Shown piece by piece: positions 1 through 9,132 of a DNA stretch of 64,000 nucleotides (positions are counted from its first letter, which is position 1; the number at the start of each line of letters is the position of its first letter). The position numbers and the translations under genes are program-made. Source of the DNA: a virus; the IMG/VR virus record IMGVR_UViG_3300014720_000002, one strand, 5' to 3'. The notes beneath the pieces were generated by a model. It was not told where the DNA came from and did no database searches. It was given only the letters and a program-made list of their open reading frames with translations.

Positions 1-169
1 TTTGCGCGTTGAGATTGAAATCGAAGACACGCTGGTGGCTGAAGGCGGGCAGACTCCCCGCCCAGGGCTGAGCGCCACTTGCTCGCGCTGCGACCACTGC
101 GTTGAAGTAGCCGGCGAAGGCCCTTCAGCGGAGATGGCGCTGCAGACTTTGCTGCGCCGCACCTGTCCG

Positions 170-206
170 TTGCGTGAGCAGAACCGGTATGTGACGCTGC
201 CAGATG
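170..206 (+). promoter_or_regulatory. Candidate class II (sigma70-like, near-leaderless) promoter: TTGCGT-N17-GACGCT-N5-ATG
   Basis: TTGCGT at 170-175, 17-nt spacer, GACGCT at 193-198, ATG at 204. Same geometry as 55645-55683 and 62252-62290. Confidence 0.5.
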
Positions 207-692
207 AGCGAATGGATTGAACCTCGGTCCCGCGCCTGCTACATTGGCCCCATGTTCAAATGCGCAGCAGTAGGACAAGACAGCCTGGGCGAAGCTGCCG
301 GTATCTTGCGCGACATCTACAACGAGAATCCGAGCTACTGGCCGCACGGCCTGTCAGTCGGTCACTTTGACGGCGGGCTGTGGCTGGTTCGTGAGAAGTC
401 TTCCAGCGCTCCGGTAGGTTTCGTCGGTTGGCAGGAGCGGCCTGAGCGTTCGGCGAGCGGCCTCCGCAAGATAGGCTACTATTCCATCGGAGTGCTGCCA
501 GCCTATCGAGGCAACGGCTTTGCGCGCGAGGCGGTGGGCAAGCTACTGAGCTTTAAGTCCGCCGCTGTGGACGAGGTCAGGGCGCTGATCAAGCAGCACA
601 ATCTGCCGTCGTTGCGGCTGGCCGCCAGCCTGGCTGTGCCCGTGGTTAAACTTGCCAGCGCTGCTCCAGCAGGTAAGGTAGCCCGGCGATGA
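204..692 (+). CDS. GNAT-family N-acetyltransferase
   Basis: PVGFVGW...IGYYSIGVLPAYRGNGFAREAV (GNAT motif A, R-G-x-G-x-A) and HNLPSLRLAASL (motif B). Confidence 0.85.
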   Translation: MSEWIEPRSRACYIGPMFKCAAVGQDSLGEAAGILRDIYNENPSYWPHGLSVGHFDGGLWLVREKSSSAPVGFVGWQERPERSASGLRKIGYYSIGVLPAYRGNGFAREAVGKLLSFKSAAVDEVRALIKQHNLPSLRLAASLAVPVVKLASAAPAGKVARR

Positions 693-2161
693 GCAGCCTG
701 AACTACATCCCTTGGCTGGCCGGCGGTGTCGGCCTGGCTGCGTTGGAGAACAAGCTCATTGCAGAGGAGATTCCTGACCCGCTGAAGACGGTCAACCTGG
801 GTGTTGGGGCTGTGACCGGATTTCTGGGTGCTAACCCGACCACGCGGACGGCGGCGCTTAATAGTCTTCCGTTCAAGCAGCTAGGTCTGTTCGGTGTCGG
901 CGCCATGGACAAGTTTCGCCGCCAGCAGCAGTCGTTGGTGGATACCAACCTGACGACGGCCAACATCAACAAGGACACGGCGCGGTTGCATCAAGATGAC
1001 GCCGGTAATCGCAAGGCGATGGCTTTGGCCTTTTTGCTGCCGGCTTTGGTGGGTAGCGGGGCGCTGGCTTACTACGCCTACAACAAGGGGCAGCGGTCTT
1101 CGCCGGGATCTCGGTTTCAGACTGTGGACAGCAAGGGCGCTCCCAAGGGGCGTCGGCGGGTGAAGATCGAGGTGCCGGCGTCGGCCTTGCCGGATGAATT
1201 TTTCTCGTCTTTGATCAACGTGGACGACAATTCCAAGGCGTTCACCCGGGTGCAGGAGAAGAGCGAAGCTCCAGTGCGCAAGCGTGCTTCCGCTGACCGT
1301 TCTATTCCCGGCATGGTTTGGGACACAGCACAGGAGTTCACTGGACTACCTTCGGTGACGCGCTCGCTACGGGAGGCAGGGCAGGCCACTGCGCAAGGCG
1401 TGGCTGGCAACTACGACGAGGCTGGTCGTTATGGTTTGGCCTCGGCGGGTAATCTGGCCATTGGGGCGCTTGGTGCGCAGACCATGCCTTGGCTGCTGGG
1501 CAAGATGCTGACGCAGAAGCGGCTGGCTGACTGGCGCAACTCCCGCAAATTTTCACCGTCGGGATTTTTGGACCCCAAGTTGCCGCACATCGGCAACTGG
1601 ATCTGGCGCCATTCGTTCGGCAATCAGTTGTCACCGCAGCAGGCCAAGGCGCGCAAGGCCATGTCGGCTACCAGCATGGCGGCCGGCGGTAAAGCCGTTG
1701 ACATGCGTGGCGCGTTGGACCGTGCCCGGGACATCAAGTTTCGTTACGATCCCCGCCGGTTTGCGTGGAGTAATCCCGCGGCGGCAAAACCGTATTCCCT
1801 GGGTAGCGTGTTCAATCGACTGCTGACGGAGTCGCCAGGGGGAGCCAGCACCGGCATTCTTGGGCGTGCCGCCGACATCGGACGCTACGGGGCCAACCGC
1901 GCGGTCAATGCCGCCTACTGGACGCACCAGCTTGCCCGGCGCAATCCGATGGCGTCGTTGTTCGCGCTTGGCCTGCCTTTGTCTGGGCTTGGGTCCATCA
2001 AGGACGACGACAATTTGAACGCGGCCCGCGCAGCCGGCGCGGCCAATTCTTTCTTCACGGCGCCCAGCCGCAACGGTCGGCCGGTGAGCCAGACCTTGGA
2101 CTCCATCCTCGGTTTGATCGGCGGCAACCAGCCGCATCCGGTGGTCGGACAGCTTCGTTGA
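689..2161 (+). CDS. Hypothetical 490-aa Ala/Gly-rich protein with hydrophobic segments; possibly virion-associated
   Basis: Long ORF overlapping the GNAT stop (ATGA junction); hydrophobic stretches such as ALAFLLPALVGSGALAYY; no recognisable family. Confidence 0.6.
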   Translation: MSSLNYIPWLAGGVGLAALENKLIAEEIPDPLKTVNLGVGAVTGFLGANPTTRTAALNSLPFKQLGLFGVGAMDKFRRQQQSLVDTNLTTANINKDTARLHQDDAGNRKAMALAFLLPALVGSGALAYYAYNKGQRSSPGSRFQTVDSKGAPKGRRRVKIEVPASALPDEFFSSLINVDDNSKAFTRVQEKSEAPVRKRASADRSIPGMVWDTAQEFTGLPSVTRSLREAGQATAQGVAGNYDEAGRYGLASAGNLAIGALGAQTMPWLLGKMLTQKRLADWRNSRKFSPSGFLDPKLPHIGNWIWRHSFGNQLSPQQAKARKAMSATSMAAGGKAVDMRGALDRARDIKFRYDPRRFAWSNPAAAKPYSLGSVFNRLLTESPGGASTGILGRAADIGRYGANRAVNAAYWTHQLARRNPMASLFALGLPLSGLGSIKDDDNLNAARAAGAANSFFTAPSRNGRPVSQTLDSILGLIGGNQPHPVVGQLR

Positions 2162-2167
2162 ATTCCG

Positions 2168-3220
2168 ATGAGGGTAATTACCATGACCGGGTGGCGGCGC
2201 CCGGAGCTTACGAATGCCGTGCTTGATTCCCTGGCCCAGTGCTGCGGCTCAGACCGTTACGAGGTCTTGTTGCATCTTGAGCCAGGGCACGAGGCTGAGA
2301 TTTTGAAGGTGGTCGGCAAACCGCGTCCGTTTGTGGTGCACACGTCCGTCAACAAGACTGTGCTTGGCATTTCTACCAACACGCTGGCGGCGTTGGAGCA
2401 CGGTTTTGCCCGGTCAGAGTTTGTGGTCCACCTGGAGGATGACTCATTGCTGCTACCCAATGCCCTGCGGTTCTTCGAGTGGTTCGACGATCGTCGGGCT
2501 TTGCGGGAGGTGCATCGGCTGGCGACTCTGTCGGCTTATTCGACGCACCAGGGATTGAACCATGACACTGCTGCACCCGACGAGGTGTTTGTGCAGCGCT
2601 GGTTCAGTTGCTCTGCCTGGGCCACCTGGCGTGATACCTGGCAGGCCATGAAGCGTAGCTGGGGCGGCGACGCGCGCGGTTTTGCCCGCCACGTCTGCGG
2701 CTTTCAACTGCTGCACGACCTTCACCAGGCATATCCTGGCCAGTCCTTGTGCAAGAACATAGGCTTTGGGGCTGCTGGTTCGGTCAACGCCGGGCAAGGC
2801 TTTACGATGCCGGGTCAGGTCTGCGACCACGTCGCGGTGCCTCGTGACTACTGGATCAGCCGTCTGCCATCAACGGCGCGGCCTAGCTTCATGGACGCGG
2901 ACGTGACGCCGGCTGAAGCAGCCGTGGCTTTGCACTGGATTGCCTCCAGCATGCCGGATGGCGGTTGGAGGTATCCGGGTTCAGTGCGGGGGCGCCCGTG
3001 GACTGCGCTTGGGGTGCTGCCTTCTGACGTTGGGCCGCTATTGCTGGACGACAGCATCGCGTGTCCGATGGATGCCAGCATGGCGTTGCTGGAGACTTGG
3101 CCTACCGTGGTGGTGGTATGCGGGACAGGCTGGCCGGCGGTGTTGGTGGAACGCGGCTACCGACTGGAGTTCGAGCATTTGAACGAAGGTGCAGGAGTGC
3201 GGAAGTTTGTGCGGCAATGA
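2168..3220 (+). CDS. GT-A fold glycosyltransferase (GT2-like)
   Basis: N-terminal ITMTGWRRPEL, FVVHLEDDSLL (DxD-type motif), AWATWRDTW, SLCKNIG. Confidence 0.75.
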   Translation: MRVITMTGWRRPELTNAVLDSLAQCCGSDRYEVLLHLEPGHEAEILKVVGKPRPFVVHTSVNKTVLGISTNTLAALEHGFARSEFVVHLEDDSLLLPNALRFFEWFDDRRALREVHRLATLSAYSTHQGLNHDTAAPDEVFVQRWFSCSAWATWRDTWQAMKRSWGGDARGFARHVCGFQLLHDLHQAYPGQSLCKNIGFGAAGSVNAGQGFTMPGQVCDHVAVPRDYWISRLPSTARPSFMDADVTPAEAAVALHWIASSMPDGGWRYPGSVRGRPWTALGVLPSDVGPLLLDDSIACPMDASMALLETWPTVVVVCGTGWPAVLVERGYRLEFEHLNEGAGVRKFVRQ

Positions 3221-3472
3221 AGGAGCATAATCTGGCGGACCTGAGGTCTGCCCTGAAGGCGTCGGGTGTGTCGGCCAGGGATCGCGGCACGGTCTTGGAG
3301 TTCAAGTTCTCCCGGAATTTCGTGAGGCAGTTGGAACTGTTTGCTCCTGGGTGTGGCAGCCGGACCCATGTTCCTGGCACGAATGGCGGACAGATGGAGT
3401 GTGGCGCCTGGCTGACTTGGATGGACGGAACTCGCATCCAGCAGTTCTGTGGTTACTGTGAGTCTCAACTGA

Positions 3473-4132
3473 ATGCACCTGCAGTCGTTTGTTTATCGCA
3501 ATGTCCGGTTTCGCAGCAAGGTAATGGCCGAGATGGCCTGGTGGTTGGACCGGTTTGAACTGGGCTGGGCTTATGAGCCCGAAACTTTGGTTGATGGGCC
3601 GGTCTCGGTGACGCCCGACTTCTGGCTTCCCGACATCCAGACGCTGGTGTTTGTGCAGACCCGTGTGCTGCCCAGCGACCACTGGGAGGCCAGCATGCGC
3701 ATGGTGGGGACGCTTGGCCGTCGGACCGTGTTTCTGGAAATGGACCGGCACGTCGTTGGACCGATGGAGGACATCCCCGATCCAGCGCGCCTGGTGACCT
3801 GCCTCGACGGGTTGTTCAAAGTTGAACCAAACACGGACTGCACCTTCGCCGAGCCGGGTCAGGGTTGGTTCTGGCACAGCCGCTTTGCCCAGTCCGTTTC
3901 GCACATCAAGCAGTTGGCCAGCGGCGCGCATGTGCTGCTGATTCGATGCACCGTGTGCGGCGTGGTGCATTGGACGCATCGGGCGGGCGACATGCTCTGT
4001 CCCCGGTGTCAGTTGGGCAATTCCAGCAAACCTGAGCGCTGGCAGAAGCACATCATTCCCGCGCTGCATCTTCGGACGATGGCTGAGGTGCACCGGCTGG
4101 TTGAACAGGCCCGCAGTTTTTCCGGCGCGTGA
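3473..4132 (+). CDS. PD-(D/E)XK nuclease-like protein, catalytic motif possibly degenerate
   Basis: YRNVRFRSKVMAEMAWWLD...WAYEPE...TPDFWLPD matches the common phage RFRS...YEPE...PDFWLP pattern; FVQT sits where E-x-K is expected. Confidence 0.6.
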   Translation: MHLQSFVYRNVRFRSKVMAEMAWWLDRFELGWAYEPETLVDGPVSVTPDFWLPDIQTLVFVQTRVLPSDHWEASMRMVGTLGRRTVFLEMDRHVVGPMEDIPDPARLVTCLDGLFKVEPNTDCTFAEPGQGWFWHSRFAQSVSHIKQLASGAHVLLIRCTVCGVVHWTHRAGDMLCPRCQLGNSSKPERWQKHIIPALHLRTMAEVHRLVEQARSFSGA

Positions 4133-7100
4133 CGCCGGCGTTAGCCGAGCCAGCCGGTGGGAAGTGGTTTGCCCCACCGGCTGGCTTTCAGCGGCTCGAC
4201 AAACCGTCCGAGGTGGTGTGTCATGTGGACATGCCGACTGCAATCCAGACGCCCCGGCGGGCAGTGGTCCGTGGTAGCACGCTGACCGAGGCCGACGATA
4301 CCGACGTAGAGTTTGAACTGGACAGTCCTGATCAGTTCTTCGGCTCCCACATCGGCCTCATCCCATTGCGTTCCGCGGTGGCTGGTCCGCGGCTGTTCTA
4401 CGGTGCACGGTTCTACAACCAGGCTCTTCCTTTGCCGCAGGCTGAAGCTCCGCTCGTGCAGGCGCTGGCCGACAAGGATGAGCAGGGCCGTTCGTTCGAT
4501 GAGATTCTCGGCAAGGCGGCAGGCGCTAGGCTGGCCAAGGCTGACGGCGTGGTTCGGGACGTGACGCCTGACTGGATTGAACTGGAGCTTTCAGACGGCA
4601 AACGTGAGCAGGTCGAGCTTTACAACAAGCTGCCGTTCAACCGCAAGACCAGCCTGACCAATACCCCGGTGGTGAAGCCCGGCGATCAAGTGCGCTCAGG
4701 ACAGGTGCTGGCCAAGTCAAACTTCACGGATGCAGAAGGCCGGCTGGCGATGGGGTTGAACGCGCGCATTGGGCTGGTGCCCTACCTTGGCAAGTCCATG
4801 GATGATGCCGTGGTGGTGAGCGATGCGTTCGCACGCCGGCTTTCCAGCGAGCACCTCTACGGCTACGACCTGGACAACCGCAATGGCATCAAGTTCGGCA
4901 AGGCCCATTATGCCGGCATCTTCCCTGGACGTTTCATCAAGGACCAGTTGGAGAAGCTGGATGATGACGGGGTGGTGCGTCCTGGCATGCTGGTGCAGCC
5001 TGGCGATCCGCTCATCCTGGCTACCCGGCCTCGCGTAGTGTCCAGCACGTCCGCCCAGCTTGGTTTGCTCAGCAAGCACATGAAGAACGCGCGCACCAAT
5101 GCCGCTTTGCTGTGGGATCACGACGAACCAGGGACAGTGACCGATGTGGTCCGCCTGCCCGACGGTTCGGCCAAGGTCAACGTGCAAGTCATTGAGCCTA
5201 CGCGACTTGGCGATAAGATCGTAATGCGATCCGGGCAAAAAGGGATAATTTCCGAGATCCTCCCTGACGACCAGATGCCACGCACGGCTGACGGCCATCC
5301 GTTGGAGGTTCTGCTCAATCCGCTGGGCATCCCCTCGCGGGTGAACAACTCGCTGGTTTATGAGCTTCTGCTCGGCAAGGCGGCACGCAAGAGCGGCAAG
5401 CCGTTCAAGCTGCCGGCGTTCCTGCCGGAAGGTCAGCAGTGGGACAAGATCGTTGAGCAGCATTTGAAGGATGCTGGGCTGACTGACACTGAGGAGGTCT
5501 ATGACCCCAAGTTTGGGCGCAAGCTGGAGCGGCCGGTGACGGTGGGCGATGGTTACGTGCTCAAGCTTCATCACACGTCAGCATCTAAGATTTCTACTCG
5601 CGGACAAGGGAGCTACACTTGTTTTGATGATATTACTGAAGTGTGCACGCGTCGAGGCTGGGTGGCGTGGCCGGATGTAACAGCCGACGATGAGTTCGCG
5701 ACTGCAGATGACGGCAAGCTTGTGTTCAGTAGGGCCAGCCGTATCACAAAAGAGTTTTACTCTGGAGAATTGGTAGGGTTTGAGGGACGGTATTTGGATT
5801 GGCTTGTGACTCCGAACCATAACCTTTTGGTCAAGTTCAGAAAGCCATCTAGTCGATTGCGTATGGAGCGCGCTGATGCGCTGTTCGGTAGGTCGTTCTA
5901 CGTGCCTCAGTTTGGGTTTGCTGAGTTGCATGGTAGAAATCCTCGGCGTTTTGTTTTGTCCGGTCGCGTAATTAGAGACACTCTTGGTAGGGTGTATAAC
6001 ACTCCTGGGTTTGAGTGCGAGTTTGAAGACTTTGCTGATTTTGCGGGATGGTGGTTGTCCGAAGGCGAGGTTCGTTTGACTGAAGGCAGAGTTAAGTTAT
6101 ACCAGTCAGAGAAAGCCAATCCTGCAAAGTTCCAACAGATTGAGTCGCTTTTGAAGCGGCTAGGCGTGGCCTTCAACGCTATCCGAAGGAATGGGGTGGG
6201 TGTAGGATGGCAGTTCGCCAATAAATCATTGGCTTTTTTTCTGGCTAGTGAATTCGGGTCTGGTTCTGTCAATAAGAAGATACCAGAGTTTATGCTTTCG
6301 GCGGGTTTGTCGGCGCGTCGTAGAATGTATTCCAGCATGATGCTAGGCGACGGGACTGCCGATTCATCCGGTATGGATGTGTGCTACAACACCTGCTCCA
6401 AGAGACTGGCTGATGATTTTCAGCGGCTGTGCATTGGGCTTGGGTTTGGGTCAGTGATAAGTTATAGACCGGCTACTACTAGTAGTGCTATTAGAGGCAG
6501 AGTAGTTCATTCTGGACCTATATGGCGTTGTGGTGTCAGCCTTCGTAGGAAGTTTGCCTTGGTCGAGAATTACAGCAATCGACCCACAAGGCATTATCGC
6601 CAGCACTATGAGGGATTTGTTTATTGCGCTACTATTCCTGTAACCGGCTTGTTGCTAGTCCGCAGAAATGGTAAGCCTATGTGGTCTGGTAATTCAAACG
6701 AGCAACCCGCCCACGGCGGCGGCGAAACGGCTCAGGCCAAGCGGTTGTCTGGACTGGAGTCGCGCGCTTTGATCTCGTCGGGGGCCTACAACGTCCTGCG
6801 CGAAGGAGCTACGCTGCGGGGCCAGCGCAACGACGAGTATTGGCGTCAACTGCACATGGGCCTTCAACCCCGGGACCCAGGTCGTCCGTTCATGTTCTCG
6901 AAGTTCCTGGCCATGCTGTCCGGTGCCGGCTATCTGGCGCGCAAGCTGCCCAAGGACCGGTATCGGCTTCAGTTCATGACCGATCGTGATCTGGATGGGT
7001 TGAATCCAACGGAATTGTCCAACGGTGAGATAGTTGACATCGGCACGTTCGAGCCGGTAAAGGGCGGTCTGTTCGATCCGTCCATCACTGGCCGGCAAAG

Positions 7101-7296
7101 CTGGGGTGCCATCAGGCTGCCCCAGCCCATGCCGAATCCGGCAGCCGAGGATGTGATCAGAAAGCTGCTCGGGTTGACACAGAAAGAGTTTCGTTCGGTG
7201 CTGTCCGGCGAGATGGAGTTGCCGGTAGAGACGCTGCAGAGACTGAGACATGAACAACAAGGAGTTGGACGCGGCAGTGCTGGAAGCGGTGGATAA
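4129..7296 (+). CDS. rpoB: RNA polymerase beta subunit, C-terminal half (from about E. coli residue 660), with an intein, fused to the beta-prime N-terminal segment
   Basis: LIPLRSAVAGPRLFYGARFYNQALP (cf. [25 protein letters not shown]), GDKIVMRSGQKGIIS (GDKMAGRHGNKGVIS), NPLGIPSRVN, YVLKLHH, then GEIVDIGTFEPVKGGLFDPSITG...WGAIRL (beta-prime GEV...DGLF...IFG...MGHIEL). The exact start codon is uncertain. Confidence 0.92.
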   Translation: MTPALAEPAGGKWFAPPAGFQRLDKPSEVVCHVDMPTAIQTPRRAVVRGSTLTEADDTDVEFELDSPDQFFGSHIGLIPLRSAVAGPRLFYGARFYNQALPLPQAEAPLVQALADKDEQGRSFDEILGKAAGARLAKADGVVRDVTPDWIELELSDGKREQVELYNKLPFNRKTSLTNTPVVKPGDQVRSGQVLAKSNFTDAEGRLAMGLNARIGLVPYLGKSMDDAVVVSDAFARRLSSEHLYGYDLDNRNGIKFGKAHYAGIFPGRFIKDQLEKLDDDGVVRPGMLVQPGDPLILATRPRVVSSTSAQLGLLSKHMKNARTNAALLWDHDEPGTVTDVVRLPDGSAKVNVQVIEPTRLGDKIVMRSGQKGIISEILPDDQMPRTADGHPLEVLLNPLGIPSRVNNSLVYELLLGKAARKSGKPFKLPAFLPEGQQWDKIVEQHLKDAGLTDTEEVYDPKFGRKLERPVTVGDGYVLKLHHTSASKISTRGQGSYTCFDDITEVCTRRGWVAWPDVTADDEFATADDGKLVFSRASRITKEFYSGELVGFEGRYLDWLVTPNHNLLVKFRKPSSRLRMERADALFGRSFYVPQFGFAELHGRNPRRFVLSGRVIRDTLGRVYNTPGFECEFEDFADFAGWWLSEGEVRLTEGRVKLYQSEKANPAKFQQIESLLKRLGVAFNAIRRNGVGVGWQFANKSLAFFLASEFGSGSVNKKIPEFMLSAGLSARRRMYSSMMLGDGTADSSGMDVCYNTCSKRLADDFQRLCIGLGFGSVISYRPATTSSAIRGRVVHSGPIWRCGVSLRRKFALVENYSNRPTRHYRQHYEGFVYCATIPVTGLLLVRRNGKPMWSGNSNEQPAHGGGETAQAKRLSGLESRALISSGAYNVLREGATLRGQRNDEYWRQLHMGLQPRDPGRPFMFSKFLAMLSGAGYLARKLPKDRYRLQFMTDRDLDGLNPTELSNGEIVDIGTFEPVKGGLFDPSITGRQSWGAIRLPQPMPNPAAEDVIRKLLGLTQKEFRSVLSGEMELPVETLQRLRHEQQGVGRGSAGSGG
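5620..6693 (+). mobile_element. Intein with LAGLIDADG homing endonuclease (358 aa)
   Basis: Begins CFDDITEV, block B VTPNHNL, LAGLIDADG-like FAGWWLSEG and MMLGDG, ends VYCATIP...VRRNGKPMWSGN followed by Ser(+1). Clearly AT-richer than its flanks. Confidence 0.93.
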
Positions 7297-7690
7297 CGGC
7301 CACGTTGCCCTGAAGCAGTTGAAGGAAAGGTTGGCGGAGGTGTTTAGGAACGACAAAGACATCGGCAAGCCATCGTTTGGTGGGCGCGTAGATATGAGGA
7401 TCGACGCGCTGGTTCAACGCGACCTGTTGCGTCGATTTGGCAAAGATCGATTCAAGCCCACTGGGCGGCGTAGCTGGGAGGTTCACGTCTATGCTCGCCA
7501 GCATTCGGTCGATCCGATTGCCAAGTGGTTGATTGAAGATCGAACTGAGCGAGAGGCGCGCAAGGAGGCTGAGGCTGACATACGCCGGGAGTATCCTGCC
7601 GCTGAGGATTGGACGTTGAACGAAAGACCATGGAGCTTATGCAGATTACCCCGATCCAAGGTTTCAAAGCCATCACAGCCGTCTCGTTGA
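7250..7690 (+). CDS. Hypothetical protein, possible winged-helix DNA-binding domain
   Basis: Helical N-terminus ELDAAVLEAV...LKQLKERLAEVF...RIDALVQRDLLRR; overlaps the rpoB tail. Confidence 0.4.
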   Translation: MNNKELDAAVLEAVDNGHVALKQLKERLAEVFRNDKDIGKPSFGGRVDMRIDALVQRDLLRRFGKDRFKPTGRRSWEVHVYARQHSVDPIAKWLIEDRTEREARKEAEADIRREYPAAEDWTLNERPWSLCRLPRSKVSKPSQPSR

Positions 7691-8160
7691 ACGGCTGCAT
7701 CGGCAAGGATGGGCGACTACCGTGGCATTTGCCGGAAGACCTGCAGTGGTTCAAGGAAACCACCCTGGGTGGAACCCTGGTGATGGGCCGCAAGACCTAC
7801 GACTCGGTTGGCTGCCTGCCTGGTCGTGGGCTGGTGGTCGTCAGCCGTTCTGCGGTGGTCGCCAACTGCTGCGCTTTCGATGTTCCGCCTGCGCACTTGA
7901 TCGAGCATGTGCGAACGCTGACCAGCGGAGGGCACCGGCTGTGGTTGTGCGGTGGTGCCCAGACTTATCGGGAGTTCTTGCCGTGGTGTGAGGAGCTTTA
8001 CGTGACACTGGTGCGGCAGATGGTGGATGGCGACGCCTTCTTTCCGCCCGTCAGTGCACGCGAGTTCCGGGTGCAGGAGGTGCTGCGGGACACGCCCGAG
8101 CTTCAGATTGTGAGGATGAGGAACGCAGCTTTGTTTGGTGACCATGGCCTACGAGATTGA
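7630..8160 (+). CDS. folA: Dihydrofolate reductase
   Basis: AVSLNGCIGKDGRLPWHLPEDLQWFKETTLGGTLVMGRKTYDS...LPGR; CGGAQTY; DGDAFFP. Confidence 0.96.
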   Translation: MELMQITPIQGFKAITAVSLNGCIGKDGRLPWHLPEDLQWFKETTLGGTLVMGRKTYDSVGCLPGRGLVVVSRSAVVANCCAFDVPPAHLIEHVRTLTSGGHRLWLCGGAQTYREFLPWCEELYVTLVRQMVDGDAFFPPVSAREFRVQEVLRDTPELQIVRMRNAALFGDHGLRD

Positions 8161-9132
8161 AGTGTTGGATGGAGACGGTTGGACGGTGCAGATGCTGCTA
8201 TACCTGCGGCTGAATAAAAGCCGATTCTGGGTGCATGAGATGCGGCGGTTTCCGCGTGGCAAAAGGTCGGTGGTGTCGCTGCACAAGATCCGACTGAAGC
8301 ATTCCAAGGGCTACTGCGGCAATCATCCCGGCGCGTGCGCGTTGACGGGTGATGCTGCTCCGCATCGCCGGGGCAACTGGCTTGAGGGTGCTGATTGGGT
8401 GGCGTTTCACGACATGGTCAATGATATGCTGGATGCCGCGAAGGTGCAGGCCAACGTGCATTCGGCGGGTCGGCGGTTTTGGATCCGTCGCGGCAATCAG
8501 CGCCGTGTCCGGTTCTGGGGGCGCAATCTGCTCACGCGCGCGGCAGAGTTCTTTCCAGACGAGCCGGACAGTTACGTGGTCAATGTAGGTGGCAGTGGAC
8601 TGCGCAGCGTATTTCCTCCAGGAACTCCTGGCATCCCAGAATGGCGGGTGGAAGCCGAACAGATGCAACCTTATGTCGAATTGTTCAGAGCCGGTGTGCA
8701 TTGAGCCGGCGCGGTGGAGCAAGGACCATTGGTCCTGCTTGCTGTTCCTGGAGACGGTCATCGTCGATCATCGCGGCACGTTTTCAGACCGGCTGCGCAT
8801 GAGCATGCGAACTAACCCGGAGACGCATCCGGCGTATGGTTACTGGCTGCACGATGCGCCACGTTGGCGGGCTGAGTGGGGCACTCGTGTGTTCTACAGC
8901 GATGTGGGAACCAACCTGGTTCGCCTGGACGCGCATGATGACTGGGATTGCCTGGAAGACATGGAGTCATCCGGTTTGCTGGTGAACCGTGGTTCTGCCA
9001 TGAATCCGGCGCTGCGTCTGACTGACCGAGGGGTTCGTTTGCACGGCATGGCAAGGACGCATCGTGCCGATGGCAAGAAGTTGGTGGACTTCCGGATTTC
9101 TCCGGAGACGTGGGAAGGTCTGGTGCGAATTT

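Noticed and set aside
7120-7225. Partial matches of decoded guides (CCGAATCCGGC from 37571; GAGATGGAG from 49284) to the RNAP gene
   Set aside because: Only 9-11 nt match. With about 35 guides and 128 kb of two-strand sequence, such matches are expected by chance, so self-targeting is not supported.
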